Source: Raillietiella orientalis
Lineage: Eukaryota
DNA: 64,000 nt
NCBI GenBank assembly: GCA_036172245.1
Contig: JAYWIR010000005.1
Coordinates: 496,001 to 560,000 of the forward strand
Direction: 5' to 3'
Shown here: piece after piece, positions 36,492-51,750 of the stretch
How positions within the stretch are numbered: position 1 is the stretch's first letter
Layout of the letters: each line of letters starts with the position of its first letter
The notes under the pieces: model-generated
What the model was told of the DNA's origin: nothing
Seen by the model: the letters and a program-made list of their open reading frames with translations, nothing else
The model's database searches: none
Translations under genes and position numbers: made by a program

Positions 36492-39400
36492 ACTGTTTTT
36501 TCGTGCTAAAACATAAAGAGGGAAACAGAAACTAAGGGAACAACTAAAACAAGATTTCGAATTATTCACAAATGTATTAGAATGCTCTCTACAACACCCA
36601 CAATTTGGCACCGACACACTAAACTTGAGTTCCGTGCTTTAACATAATATCAGCAGGGTTACCAAGACATGAAAATCACATGTTCGAGTCAATTTGCCTT
36701 TACGATACCATATAGGATCAAGAAAATCATATTCTGGAAAATTAATAACTCGAAATATTGAATGCTGATAGCATTTATAATATATATAATGATGGAATTC
36801 TAATTCCTAAGTAACCTAAGAACCGAATTTCTTGGGAACACTTGTTTAGAAAGTATAACAGAAGTAGGATGTGCTGGATTCAGCAATTAGCTATCTAAAT
36901 ATCGCTTCTCCGCCTTTTGTCTAAGATCAAAGTGTTATGCTCAGCTTATCTAAAATGCTCGCGCTAAAAGTGTAAGATGCCTAGGTTATCATTATACTAA
37001 ACTATAATATTATGCTTATGATGCATATCCTTCCTAACGATCACAGAAAAAATAACTTTTAAACTTTGCAAGCATTACTATCCACACTAGTTACTCACTC
37101 TCAAAGATCCCTTCGGGCAAGCATAGATATGCATTTTCCTATCTTAATTAGGACACAAAAAACAACATTCATTTTTCTCTCTTATTATTTATAAAACACA
37201 TCATCTTTGTTTTTCAGTCGATTTCAGCTTAGAAAGATGGCAGTTGCAATATTTAAATCCACTGTCCTTAAATCTTTCCTTAAAGATCTAGTTTGTAACT
37301 ATCAGGAACCCACTTCCGCATTCCTTTTAGTTTTGTTTGCTTTTCGAGTATACATTCCTCGTAAATACACTGAGCCATTTTTAAGACTCTCACTGATCTA
37401 CACTAACTTAATTTTCCCTCTCATATAAAGATTGAATACTTCCGCCAAATCTTCAGGTTCTCACTAACTTTAATTTCTTGGAATGATGAGCAAGATTTTA
37501 AATAAATACATAAAATCGACATTCAGTGTACTGATAGTTAGTTGTAACTACAGCTTAGAAATTTCTCATTTGCAACATTGCGTCAACAAAATGAAAGGAA
37601 TTGAACGCAGATTAAATAATCACATGAAAATTTTAAAGACTCATTGTTTTAACTTTCCCATAAAGCCTATTTCGAAAAAAAGCGATAATACCTCAAAGCA
37701 TAATATTTGTATACTAAATACAGAATACTATCGACGTGATGCAAAGGAAAATATAAGAACCTTCAAAAAAAATTAATAGTTTGCATCTCTGTTAAATGTT
37801 AAAAAAAACTCTCAAAAATTCGTATTCTTACTTAGTTTTGAGCATTATTTGCGTGGAATACATTCTCTAGTTACATTGTTCATAGTATAATGCTTTCCAC
37901 TTTCAAAATATATATCATGGTTAAATTCTACCATTATATACTGATACAATCCAAAATCTTTACAATCATGTGTTATTTCATAAGATAAATAAAAAAATGC
38001 AAAGTTTTTGAGAAAGGACACGTTTATTAAAAATCATCTCTGCTGTCTACTCTTAAGCATTTCAAAGGAAAATCAAATACATGTGGAACACAACCTTTTT
38101 CTTTGCATAAAATGCCCACCTAGGAATACAAATTCTTATTCTTATGCCGTGAAAATTTGATCCGAATTTCGAATTTGGATCCCTTATGCATTCATGAACT
38201 AAAATTCCTTGTTCACTTTCCATGACGGTTGTCAAAACTTGGATCCAGCTTCCAAATTTAATTTACCTATAGATTCGAATATCTTGTTTACGGATGGCTT
38301 TGTTATTATCTTCGTTGAGTCTCAAAACATTGGACTTTTACGACGAAATCCAAATTCTGTTCAAATGTCCAGTTGCATAGAAGCAAGAGGTCCGTTACTC
38401 CTGCAGCATTCGCGTTACAAATCTAGGAATTCTTGTAATTAGGAAGCGAAATTTTTAAAACTCAACTTTCGGAGCCAACTTGTTGAAACGAAGTGCTTTC
38501 TGCCTTCATTTTCATTTTTAAGACTCTTACTGGCAGCTGCAGATGCGAAGAATGCCTCCAGGAACATAAAATCCAGCTGTTCCTTTGAAAAGGTAAATCT
38601 AGACTAGCTCTTTAACACAAGAGAAAACACAGCTGACAGGATTTGCCTATATAAAATGAATTAACCGATTGGCGTTACCCTGTTGTTGACTTGACAGATT
38701 TTCGAGAAGGTCTCAAAACTGTGGAATCGTGTGACTTACCTATTTCGAGCAAGTGGAATGGCTCCTGAGTTTCTGGCTTTCAGATACGTGAAAGAATTTC
38801 TGATATTCAGAACAGAGTTCTCTATGAATTTACTGAAACGATAATCCCCCTACTTCCTCCCTCCCTGTCAAAAAAAAAAAATTGCATATGAATTTTCAAT
38901 GAAATATCGAGAAACTATGATAATTTATACATAGATGATAAAATAATTAAAGGTTAGCGATGCTGCTGCGGGTAAAATGAAATGAAATTTGAATTTTCCC
39001 ATTTGGCATTCCAAGTTTCGTCGAATTCTGTTCGTAGACCTAACACATCTGTCTGTGTCATAAGAAGGTAGCTGTATGCCCGAAACCTACAAGTCTTTCG
39101 GGTAAGGAGGAATGACGATATGAATGTGCACGAAATCATGAGCAGCTGTTGTCGACCTCAAAACGATGAGCTTCCATTATCGGACGATGAACCCAATAGG
39201 ATTAAAACCTGAATGGTCTTGACTGCTTGACATATAATTCGAAAGTCCATCCTGTTTAGAAAAAAAACAAAAACTACTGTAAAACTTGTGATTTAGAGGA
39301 TACTGGATATTTTGAATTTGACATGCACGTACTGAAACTCGAAATGGAATTTTCTACTGTATGAGATTTCATAAACACTGAGGTCAGCTACATGTCAGAA

Positions 39401-41792
39401 TGGCCTTGAGTGTTCACAGTGCACACACACACACACACGAAGGTTACTTTTGCTGTTCAAGAAAAGCTGAACTACATAAATCCTTCTTCATGTTTTGGCT
39501 TGGATTCTCAGGATTCTTAAGAATTCTTAGGAAACTTTTCAAATGATGAAAAGTTGTTAGATGTAAACGCTATCCATGATATGATGTTTTCATGAAAGTG
39601 TTCAACATTCAATTTTTTTTTTTTGCAATTGGTACTCTAATAATGGAAGCAAGTTCACAGACACTATAAAGATGTAAGAAAAGACTTGCGTTTTATGTAT
39701 ATCGGCACAAACTATTAATGAAAGACAACGGTAATCTTATTCTAAAAATTTTGAAATATTGCTTTTCGATAATCGTGTACTGAAATAGCATTCAGTGAGA
39801 ATGAGACTGTAAAGCTTTTATTTTTGCTATAGATTAGAGACTTGATGTTCCTCTCGAAAAAAAAAAAAACGAAAATAAAAGAAACCTTGGGTGAAAAAAA
39901 TCCTAGCAAATATCAGACACACTGAAAAACACAGGATGAAGTACCTCTCAAGAATTTTCAGGAAGAAATAAAAGAAAATATCCTATAGCACTTGTCCTCC
40001 TTTTTCTCATTTAACGTAGACAAATTCATACGATAGATTTTGGAGATGTTCCAAAGATCCTTCGATCATTAACTTGTATGCCGACAAGTGCAATTAGAAG
40101 AAATAAATCTTTTTCTTCAGCACAGTCGACATCTAAAGTCTTTTATACATTATGGTTCAGTCATCTTGAAAACTGATAATTAAATCCATTCACAGATAGG
40201 AAAGCATTTTCATGATTTTGTCATTATAAATGCTCTTGGTAGAAAAAAAAAGTTCTCGCCATTTTCCTCGAAAATTCATTTTAAATAATTTGCAGAATTA
40301 GTCAAATTTAAAGCGTTACTGAATAACTAGATTAACTAGAAGAATTGAATCTAGAAGGTCTCCAGGACCTTAATATTTCAATGCAGTAGGCGTGCGTAAG
40401 ACATTGTTATGTGCAATCAACATGGGTTTGCTTTATTACAAGAGAGTATACAATTATTGCAATTCAGTGAACATTTTTCTTGCAATTGAAAAAGCTTAAT
40501 ATGTAAATTTAGAGACGATTCCTCACTCTATGTAGTTTGTGATTCCTAGAATACAACTAGTTTCTCTTGCAAAGACTCATGGCTCTACGAAGGATGCAAA
40601 ACATTGTTAACCTTCTCCAACTTGTAAAAAAATGACCTGTTTGTTTCTTCCTCAAAGGAAGAAATAAACTGCTATGCTCCATCAAACCATATATCAATAA
40701 GGAAGAGGATTATTATTCAGAATGAGATAGATGCTAGAAATTGCTTACCACAGCCAAGATGTTATCTTGTAAAACGAGTGAATCAGTCAATATTTAAAGA
40801 GAATCCAGTCGAGCAGTTTCCCTCTGCATCTATTCTTCTATAGACCTCATTTTATCTATGGTTTCGAAAATTCAAAAGTGCCTGCACTTCACAAAGACTC
40901 TTTGTAGATGAGTGGTCGCGGCTAGCTAATGATTGAATCTGTCAAATTAAGATAAATTGGGATTTTGACATGCATCTAGAAGGATGGTACACAGATTTCA
41001 TGAGCTGAACATTGAAGCAAAAATTATTTGTAATATGGTTTTAAACTACATGTACATCATAAGAGTAATGTTACGAGTGGAGGATTTTGTTGTAGTTTTC
41101 CTTTTATAACTTCGAAAGGATTTGAGATGGGTCGTCACTACATGAAAATAGAAAAAGAGCGGAAAAGTAAAAAAAAAAAAAAATCCAAGTATTTAGTCTA
41201 AGAATCCTTGAAACCTGAGCAAATGTTTGCATATGTTTAATGCTCGTTTGATGATTTTTCGAGACAGAGAAAATTGGATCCAAAACTGAGGGAAAGTGTG
41301 GAGTTTGGAACGAAGTATGGACTTTGAACCGTCATATCAGTTCTAGACGATTTCCATCTCCGATTCAGTTTCCATGATTTGGCAGCTCTTCGAAGATTCC
41401 ATGTTACTGCCGGGAGATATGTGGGAGAATTGCTGGCATCAATAAGTTAGCTTGGGGAGGTGGCACATTTTCTGGAGGTGATTAGGGAGTGGCATCAGGG
41501 ATGAGGTCGAGTTGGCCACCATTCGTAGGCTGTAATGAATTCGTGCTGATTGTAAATTAGCATGATGTTATGCAACCCCATAAATTCATTGCAGGGATAT
41601 TTTGGCTAACAAGGATATGGTCTATTGAAACAGTTGAACACCCTTGTGTTTTTCAAGCACAGCGTATGTATTCTTAGTATTAATGGTATTTTATCGTGCT
41701 CTTTCAACTTTCAGGTGTAATCAATGACAGTGATATCAGACATATTATTTGTATGTACACTGTAATAACAATTTTTAAAGCTCAAGAGATCG

Positions 41793-44700
41793 ATGAAAAC
41801 TGTAAACTTCGTTGATCGTTTAAAATTGGAAATAAAAGGCAATTTTTCTAAAGATGCCTTTGCTTTTGGTGATGTAGATGAAGATGGTGGCAATGAATTG
41901 GTAGTTGGAACTTTGGAAGGAACTCTTTTTGTGTTTAAAGGACTCAGTGTGCAACCTTGGAAAAAAGGTTATAGCTTTGGTATGATTACAACAATTACGA
42001 TGGGAACTATTTGCAATACTAGACATAATTGTATAGTTGCTATTACTGGAGATGGAAGATGCTACTTGTTTTATTTGGGAAATCTTGTTTCATTAAAGGA
42101 ATGTGATTGTAAGATGGAAGAGCATATGAAACCTTTCCATCAACAGAGATTCCCTGCTAATGTTAATTTAAGTCTGATGATTAAAAATAAAAATGATAAT
42201 ACAATGCAGCTTGTGGTTGGTCTAACTGACCGTGTGGTTCGTACATATGTTTGGGTAACAACAGCATCAGATGACTCTGAAGTTCCTGAGGGCAGCTTAA
42301 TAGCACTGCAGAAATGGGAATTTGGATGTCAGATTGGCAGCCTATCTCTTGACATTGATGCATGTGGAAATGAGTGTTTACTTCTAGCACAGGATGGTGG
42401 AATCTATTTTAGAATAAGTGGAGATGATATTAGCACTTTAAATACAAGGTGATGCAAAAAGAAACGTATTTATGAATATGATTCAACGTAATTAATTACA
42501 TGGAGGTTATTGGTTTTTATTTTGAAAAACGACTACAATGAATATGTGTAACAGATGTATGAAGATACCTCAATTCAGTGACAAGTTGAATGTTAATGTT
42601 TTTTGAAAATGAAGAACGAACATGATTTCTCCTATATTCCGTATTTGTTAATATGAAAAACAGTGTATTATACATATGTGTAATATTTGCAAAACATTTA
42701 CTTGTAACTAAATGTTCACTTGTAAAATTTTAGATGATTTTTTGCGGTACCTTCATAACCACTGAATATAACAGCCTGTCGCCCATGTGTTTTACATACA
42801 AACAATTTTATAATTGTTTTTTTGTAAACTGAATTAATTATAGTATGTAAGTACTTGCCTATCAGATGATTCGTTGAAAGAATATGAATGGAGTGGTTGT
42901 AATTGGGAGTAATGCTAACTATAGGATGTGTAAAACATTTCTTACCTGATAGGGTTGGATTTGAAATGTAATCATGGAGTAATGATAACTATGTCACAGC
43001 ATAATTATGATATGTCAATCAAACAAGTCGAAAATCTGGCATCAGAGGAAAGTTTGAGAATGGATTTTTACTGAGGAAGCATTTAAAGTGTTTTTGATAA
43101 TGCTGCAACTAGGAATTATTGATAGCCAGCTCATTGTTGATAGCCTTTAAGTTGAAATTGAAATTTTACATAAAGCTAAGTACAGAGGGTTTTGCTTTTC
43201 TAATATTCATGCCATTATTATAGTTGATGACATCTGCATCTCACCATTGTATCTTTTTGTTATTTGAATTAGGCTTTTATCAAATTGAATGAATGCATAA
43301 AATGAAATGAAGTTCTATTCCTCATTTAATGATTTTGAAGATGGTTTTAGTTTTCCATGCTTCGAGTCATTAATGAAAAAGCATGCAATTTGTTGGTTAT
43401 GTTTTAGAAATTGAATGCAATAGTGAAGTACTTGGATATATCTTTAAAAAAAAAAAAGAGAGAAGCAATATCATAAACTTTAAAATAGATATTACATGGA
43501 TGCTCATAAAACAGATTAATGTTTGCCCTCCACTTCATTTTATTTTGTTTTATCTATGTTTGCAGTGTATCAGTAGTTGCAGATGCTGTTTAGGTTTCCT
43601 TTCGATAAAAAAAATGAAATATTGAAAGCAATTGTATTTCAAGGTAGACATTAAGAATAATATTGAATGAATCAAATAACTACAATTAATAAGACCATAT
43701 CGCAAAAAAGAATTTATGTAAGGATTTACATGCAACATCATAATGATAAATGATTCCTTATTAAGCCTTTGTTTTTTTTCTCTGTCCTGAAAAAGTAGAT
43801 TTATTCTGGAAAAAAATTACCTCAGAAAAGCCTCGTTTATTTGATTGTCTAATAAAGAGCGAGAATGAGTTCTGTGGACAAAAGATGTGGTGATGACGAT
43901 GATATGAAAAGCAATGACTTGAAAAAATTGAAACCCTAGGTCAAACAAGTCACAGCATTTCGGAAATGTTCAAGTCTTCTAATGTAACAAAGGAAGAAAA
44001 TGTAAAAAAAAACGTGATTAAGTAAGAAAGGAATAAAAAGAATAAACTGTAATCAGAAGTTGAAACCAATAAAATAGCTTATTTATCCAAATGCATTGAC
44101 AGTTTAATCATATGTTGAAATCATCATGTATTGAAAATTAATATGCAAATGAAGAATTGACAAATACATAATGCAATCTATATCAAAATTTTAGTTGCAC
44201 AGTTTGCAGTTTGCAAGTAACAACTAAAGCTGTAGAATAGCATTTGTGGTTTGATCATTGTAGAGCAAAGTATTCTTTGTATTGTTAATATGAAACAGAC
44301 AAAATTCAATAGAAAGTCATGTCTTGGAAAACTTATTTCATGGGGATGAAAAAGGTAATTGGAGAGAAATACGAACTTATGAGTATTTTAACAGTTAGTG
44401 GTGTGTGAAATAAATTATTTTTCTTAATTTAAACCATCAGTCATCTGATCTGGAATATTTGATGGCTAACTCTAGATTTGACCAGGATAAAAGTTGACTC
44501 ATGAAGGGCATTTTTGAAGGTTCAGTAGAAATGGAAGAAAACTGAACTAAAGGTCAATGAATGAATGCTTTTTGAACAGCTGATAGCTGTTAAAAACAGT
44601 TTAGGAAAACTGTTGAAAACAAATAATGGGTGTAGATTTTCAAAACAATTAAGAAAATGGGTAATGCATTTGGGTAAACAGAAGTGCGTTAGATTAAGAA

Positions 44701-47519
44701 ACAGTACAGTTCTGCTTTCTACAGAAAGGCAAGGTTTTCCTTGAAGCAAATGAAAAGTCAGTGATCTCACTCAAACAGCTGACAAGGTGATTATTTTGGA
44801 TATCATGCAAAACATGGGTTAATTCTAATAAGATACAATTAAAGCTAGGTGAATCACTTCAGAAGAAACTTAAGTTGACAGAAGTAAATGAAAATAACTG
44901 ACGAACTAAAAAAAAGGGTCTAACCAAACTCAACAGATGGGAAACTTTCTAGTATGAATGATGGAACTTACTCACTATTGAGGCTCATTCATTACAGCTG
45001 TTTAGTATGATGCAAATTCTTTGAACATTCAAAATTCAAGAACCTTTTGGATACGAAAAACCCGAGTATCACGGAATGCTTACTTTTCAAGTATTTTTAT
45101 GTATTTGCTAGAAAATACGCGATAATTACCTTGAAGTTTTCATGTATTAATAGAGTCTGTGAGCCAAAAATCTTTGAATTTCAACAGTTTTATTCTTGTA
45201 TTCTAGGAAGTTTAATTTTTAAGGATTCATATAATGGACTAAATGCTATGGATTGTGATTGCGCATTTTATTTTATTTTACACTTTGCCTAATTCTGTGA
45301 TGCTAAAATAAAACAATAATGAAATACACAAGTATATGAACTATATCATTAATAATCTTTGCCACTGCCTGTGTTCTTTCTCGTTGTAATTGATAGATCA
45401 GCAATGCAGATATGGTATTCTTTATGTAATGGAAAAATTTTTCTTATGCCTTTTTAATTACCATGAGGTAGATTTGTAATTCTTCTAGTGGTTTGTTTGA
45501 GACCATAATCCCAAATGAATTGATTCATTTTTGTTCCATGACATCTTATTTTGATTGCAGCTGCTTGTTTATTGTAAACAGGATTACTTGAATATTTCCT
45601 TTCAGAAATGCAGAAGCCGGTCAGGAAGTTCCTCTAAAGTCAGTTACACTTGCTGTTCCATATGTAGATAATCATGATGTTTCCACAAAAGTTCTTGGAA
45701 ACATATTTATACCCACTGAGAAAGAGGGTTCTCAAACAAAAAATGCATCCATTGTTTCAGCAGTTATTTCAAGTGATGGAACATTATTATTAATCCAGGA
45801 TGAATCAGTAAAATGGTGATGCATTTTTTTAATTACATGAATGAGTTTATCATTGCCATATCATTATGTTGCATGTGTAAAACCTCACTTTGAAAAGTTA
45901 TAGAGTATTCATTTAGAGAAACCCTTTTAGAAATGACACGACTGTATCAAAAATAAAGTTTCCACCGGAAATATTACAGAAACCGCAGTTTTAATAGTGT
46001 TAAAAGTGCAACTATGCTAAATTAATAATTGGATTAATTAATAACCACTGCATTCAATATAAGAGCATAAAATTGTTAATTTTTCCGTATTATTGAAAGT
46101 ATCTATTTTCAATTGAGATATCTGTACATTTAACTCGATCAGTCATCTTTAGCTTACATTGGGTTATTTTGTTTTCATTTCATTTAAACAAATTCTCCAG
46201 TTTATAGCTCATGGCATGTAGAGTTTAATGGACAGTCCTAGAAAAATACAGATGTTTAATCTTCCTATCATGTTGGCATGCATAGTTATTTGGAAGCATT
46301 CTTCCATGCATCAATCAAATGCATTTTATGTCTTAATTTTGGACTGAGATTTTTTTTGCTTTCTGTGCATAAGAATGATGATTTTGGATTTTTACTTTAT
46401 AAAGAACAATGTTGTTTCTACTTTGTTAGATTAAGAAAGTGTATAGCACAACTGACTTATCAAAAAAAATGTGTGACCGAAAATTTCATACAATCATTAG
46501 GAGATAAAATTGCAATTTATTCCCTTGAACCTTAATGTTATGTAGTACAATTTGTACTGCTTTGTATTTTATCCGCGTTATAGCTGTGCTTTGCAGTAGC
46601 ATAGCCTTTATGATTCTTTTTTTATTTTTCTATGTATCCTAAATTGCTGCTCATTTATTGACATATTCAGTGTATCATTCTAATAAATTCTTTCCGCCCT
46701 TTGTGTTAAAGCTCATAAACATGCCTTCTGGTGAAATGTTTTGTGCAATCACTTTGATAGTAAGTCTAAATTCATTCCCATTCCCATTTCATCCATTAAT
46801 TGTTCTGCCTAATCACAAAGGATGCTAATGCATTCTCTGTGATTGTAAGTGTCTCAGTTAATATTGTGCTTAAAGATGCAGCATTGCATAATATTGGATT
46901 TGAAAAGGTATCCATTTCATAGGTATCCTTCTTCCATCACAGAAATAGCATATTTCTTTTGATATGGAAGAAAGAAATGGATGTAAAGCACAAATGAATT
47001 CGATATGAATTTTTTACAATTTTCAACATTGCAGTCTTTCAATTTGTATAATTTCGAAAATTATATTAAAGGCATCATTTTCCTTCACCCAGGTGTGCTC
47101 ACATAGATGGAAATGCATTGGCCATCAATAAGCTTGATGTTTTGAGAAAAGGATCAGATCAGATTGTCATATGCTGTTGGAATGGGAAAACTTTTTTTTT
47201 TGATGAATATAGTCATCATGCAAAATTTCATTTTGAAGAACCAGTTGCTGGTTTTCTCACTGGACAATATGCCTGCTTTTCAGAAAGTGACAGCAATCGT
47301 ACCAATGTACCATGCCTCCTGTATGCCACATTTACAAATTCCTTATACCTTTTTTATGATGTTTTCATCAATGACATGATGTGTCATAATATTTTGGATG
47401 CATTGAAAGAGAATGATAGATGTGTGGAATTACTTCACAAGAATATGGTTAGTTTGGAAGAACAGGAAGCCATGCAGAAATGTATTGAGAAATCACTTTA
47501 TTATTGGAGAAAAGAATAA
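41793..47519 (+). CDS. ITFG2: KICSTOR subunit ITFG2 (FG-GAP repeat protein)
   Basis: N-terminus MKTVNFVDRLKLE..FGDVDEDGGNELVVG; LVVGLTDRVVRTYVW; KLDV..GSDQIVICCWNGKTF; LLYATFTN. Exons 41793-42448, 45606-45815, 47093-47519 join in frame. Confidence 0.9.
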
Positions 47520-49305
47520 ACACTTTGTATTGACTGAAAAGTGCAATTTCTACATTATTTTGTGATTGCTACACATTAGTCCTGTGTAAATTAAGCCACC
47601 TCTGTTGTTTTTTTGTTTTCTTGAATAAATTAAGACTATTTTTCGACAGTTCCCAGATTTAGTTTATTTTAAGAGTGAAACCAATACAGCACATTCCAAA
47701 TCACATTCTAATGATCACTCAGCATTTTATGGCTAGAAACACGAATGAATGAGTCATGAATCATGACTGCCTTGAAATGAACAGAGTCTCATTCTAAATG
47801 TCTGGATGACACTTCTGGATGACCTCTCTTAAGACAACTAGAAGTGTTTGAAGAATGTTTGTCTGGCAGAGTTCCTATACTTTCACCTCCACTCTCACTT
47901 TGTATATGTGAACTTACTGCAAGCACTGTCTCACTTTGGTGTACGTTCTTTTATTCACATGCTGCTTTGCTCCTTATTTAATGAGATCTTTGCATAAGCA
48001 ATGCCCTATAGCAGTATTATAAAATATGTTCAGTGAGGCTGCTGTGGGAGCTTCAGCTCCTAAGGATAAACCAACACATGAGCCATGAGTGTAGGGAACA
48101 GGAGGGATGATTTCCTGCAGAATGTTTTCATTGGTTTTTAGAGCATTATACTTAGGAAGTGAAATGGTGTGTTGCTTTCACAGTAACTCATGTCAGCAGT
48201 AAAGACACAAGAGTTTTCCATCCTTTCGAATGGTAGAATTTGTATGCAAAACTACTGAGAAATAGTAAGTGTCCAAGAACAAGCAGAAACCAAAACCAAT
48301 TTGTAATTCGAGAAAATAAAAACACTTGTTGGGATCCTCTGATGACTTTCAAATGCTATTCACTTCCCAGAAGTACAGAAGGTATAATCAAAAAAGCACT
48401 GCATGATTACAGTTCTCATAGAATCAGTAACAGTGATCAAAAGCTCCAAATAAATGGAAGAGACGCCTACCTGTCTTGATTGGGATTGATTGCAATGACT
48501 TAAACAGTTCACATAACATGCCTCATGCCAAACCTGCAGCACTGTCAAACTGACCCACAGTCAACAGAGCAAATCATCAATTCACTAAAAAATCGCCATG
48601 AAGAGCAATTGGTATGACAAACATTCCAGCATCTGCATTTGAATCAATGGCATTCAACTCCATGCGCTTAAGATTTACATTTTGAAGTATTTTGAAAACA
48701 GCAACACATTTGGGTTTTTAAGTCAGCAAACAATTAAACTTCTGAGCTTCAGGAAAAAAATAAAATAAATTTCGCCAAATAAAAACCCTTCTATCATTTC
48801 GAATCGGAAAGGAGGTTCCAAAACCATTAGCAAAATTACTTCTACTTGCAGTACCTACTGACTTGATGATGCTATGTCGATGTCTAAGTATGTAAAAAAA
48901 AAAAAGTCGAAACTGGTAATTTAACTTTACGCTCAGGACATGGAATGTTGCAATTAAGAAACTTTTGAAAAAATGCTGGAAAAATTGTTAAATTGCCAAC
49001 TGATTGAATTCATTCATACATAACCAACATGGTATATGGAGAAAACAAATGTTTTTGTTTCAACATATTCACCTAAACCAGAGAATTTCCAAAACTCCAT
49101 TTAGGGGAATCAGTAGTAAGCTCCAGTTCTGAGAAGCAATTTACATGAATAAACAACTACATTTCCATAAGTGTAACGTTTTTCGAAGAAAAATAATTCA
49201 CGCAATGGGAAAAAAAAATCATTTTTTAACTCTACCAAGTTAAATACTACAACATACAACCATAAATTTATTATCAATAAAGTACTACAACATGTAAATA
49301 TAACA

Positions 49306-50985
49306 TTACCACATTACTCTCTGTGGGAGATGACTATCTGACCAATAAAAAGTTTTGTTCAAAAACACATAAAATGTGCAAATGTTTATAAAAATAAAAA
49401 AAGAAATTTCCAATAAAAGCAAAGCAACTGAACGAGGTTTCTGGTGCAGATAAAGCCAAATAAAAGGTAATACAAAATATCGGAATTCCAGTAATTGCTG
49501 AAATATTAACATCAGTGGAAGAAAAACTACATATGCTACTCTATTTTGGTAAGGCATGGATTTGATCTGCTCGATTAAAAGACGGCAAGATATCCAATAT
49601 ACTGGAGTAAGCCAATATCTTGCAGGCTTCAGCAGCTTCCTCCACACATAAAATGAATAATGTCTGTTATCAGCTAGTAAATACGGATGAGGTGATGGTT
49701 GGAAGAGCAATAAAAGTAAAATTAAAATCGTAATTGCAATGTCCTGTAATATGTGAATCTTTAGATTTTTAATGGAATGAAGAAAAGAAGGGGCACTCCA
49801 AAATGATACAAACAAAGAATAGTACAGCATCTGAATGAAATATAAGCCCATTTTATGAGCAGAGTGGTCTCCAACAACCAAACTCCCATTCCAAATCACA
49901 AAGGCTATAAATACAATACCCACGACAACATAAGGCAATACTGCAGACATCATTTGTTGGCTCTGCTGTTTAATGCTTCTAAAAACTTGACACTACAAGT
50001 GCTCAGTGATTTCCATTTCCTGAGATGCAACTCACCAGCACTTCGTTCCAATTATGCGATAATCTATTGAAATCTATGATCCTCATCAAACTCTCACTTG
50101 CAACCAAAGCTACCCACAAGACATTTGTTTGTCTAACAAAAATAGCTATTGCACCTGAATATATTTTTTTTGATTGAAAAAAGCTTTTCAGAAATATTCT
50201 TACCAACAAATGCTGACATTTTATTATATCCATGTAAATGTAGGAAGTACAGTAACAAAACTGCAGTAACTGACACTACTTCTGTGTAATATAGAAATGA
50301 AAAAAAGTAATATGTGGGGAAAGTTGCAAGCATTATAGAAGCCAAAAGAAGCTTACTTTCTGAAATACTCTAGAGCAACTTTTTCTCTTGGAATCATATT
50401 GGGATACACTTACTGGAAAGAGTTTCCTATAAATTTCCTTGAATAAGAAAAAATTTACGAAAGATGAGATCAGGTTAACAAAACGCAACCAATGTAATTT
50501 ACACAAATTGACAGCTGCAAGGAATGACAACGGTTTCAGAATGATCGCTGTAATCACATATAATCCAGGTAAGGTGGTGATTTTGGGGTTCCACTGAAAA
50601 TTTAAGATCTACATAAATAATAATCAGAAACAGAAAAGGTGCACCAACAAATTCTAGAAATTCATTATAAATGTTGGCAATACAATGAATCGAAACTAAG
50701 TACACCAAGTTTGATAACAGATTAACTTTCCAAAAATAAAAATAATGCTTCCCACCTTACTTGAAAATCAGTCAAGTGTAAATTTTATGAAATGAATTAT
50801 TCTAAAATTTCCCTTACACTGTAATACTCATTGTTGCAATACTTTTGAACTTGTGGCACATGAAATATCTCATCAACAACAAGATACCGTACTTCCTTGT
50901 TCACGAAACTCCACAGGTAAATACTAATGCTTACATATACAAGCATGACCAAACTGGTTGGATACATGAACTTCAGCTGCACCAT
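49306..50985 (-). CDS. ALG10: Dol-P-Glc alpha-1,2-glucosyltransferase ALG10 (DIE2), multi-exon
   Basis: DEIFHVPQVQKYC (exon 50985-50818), WNPKITTLPGLY (exon from 50593), FFSFLYYTE, FVRQTNVLW, FVIWNGSLVVGDHSAH, HPYLLADNRHYSFYVW, QQLLEFRYFVLP, QRVMW*. Confidence 0.95.
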
Positions 50986-51750
50986 TTTCTCATTCGTTTA
51001 TTAGAATTTCAAAAAAACAAAATCACTTGAAACATCTGCTACAGACAAGACACCGTGTGTATACAAAATAAATATTTTTTTCCTACATTTCTTAAAATGA
51101 TAACTTCTTTCCTCCAGGTTAGTCCGTAACCATGCATTGTCCGTGACCGGTGCATGCACGGAAGCTACAGCACAAAGGGTTTTCCTTATACGATAAGGAT
51201 GCAAAATTGCAAAATAAGATAACTTATCACTTCAGATAGGTTCCCAAAGGCACAAGCAACACTCACTACATCATGCTACAACCGTACGGTTACTCCAACA
51301 CCGATCGGTCCCGTAGATGGGGGTTGCCACACCATGACAGAGGAGCATCCATAAAGCCACGCTGTATTGGGGTTAATCTCTGCAAATAAATCTTTCTCAG
51401 GAATCCTTAGCCAAAAGGGGATGCTATGAGGTGTAAGGACCTTTTTTCAAACTAATCTCTTCGTTTCTGGCTACATCACCTAGCATTCCATTACAAATCT
51501 TCGATGAATGCTTCTTTTTTGTGTGTGTGTTCGGTGTTTCGGTGAGATGAAACCCGTCAAACTTTGTTCCATATCATCAATGATCTTCATTTCTTAAGAT
51601 CAAATTAAGTGAACAAATCTAAAGTACACAAAATAATGATATATACAGCCTTCCACATTCCATATATCATTTTGTCCATTATGTAAAATGAAATGAGCAA
51701 TATGTCAAAGTTCGAAAGAATGCTGCTTTAAATCAGCTCGCATCTTCATT

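Noticed and set aside
38000..41600. Possible degraded or divergent multi-exon gene between UBIAD1 and ITFG2
   Set aside because: Exon-like patches contain stops in all frames tried and no homology was recognised.
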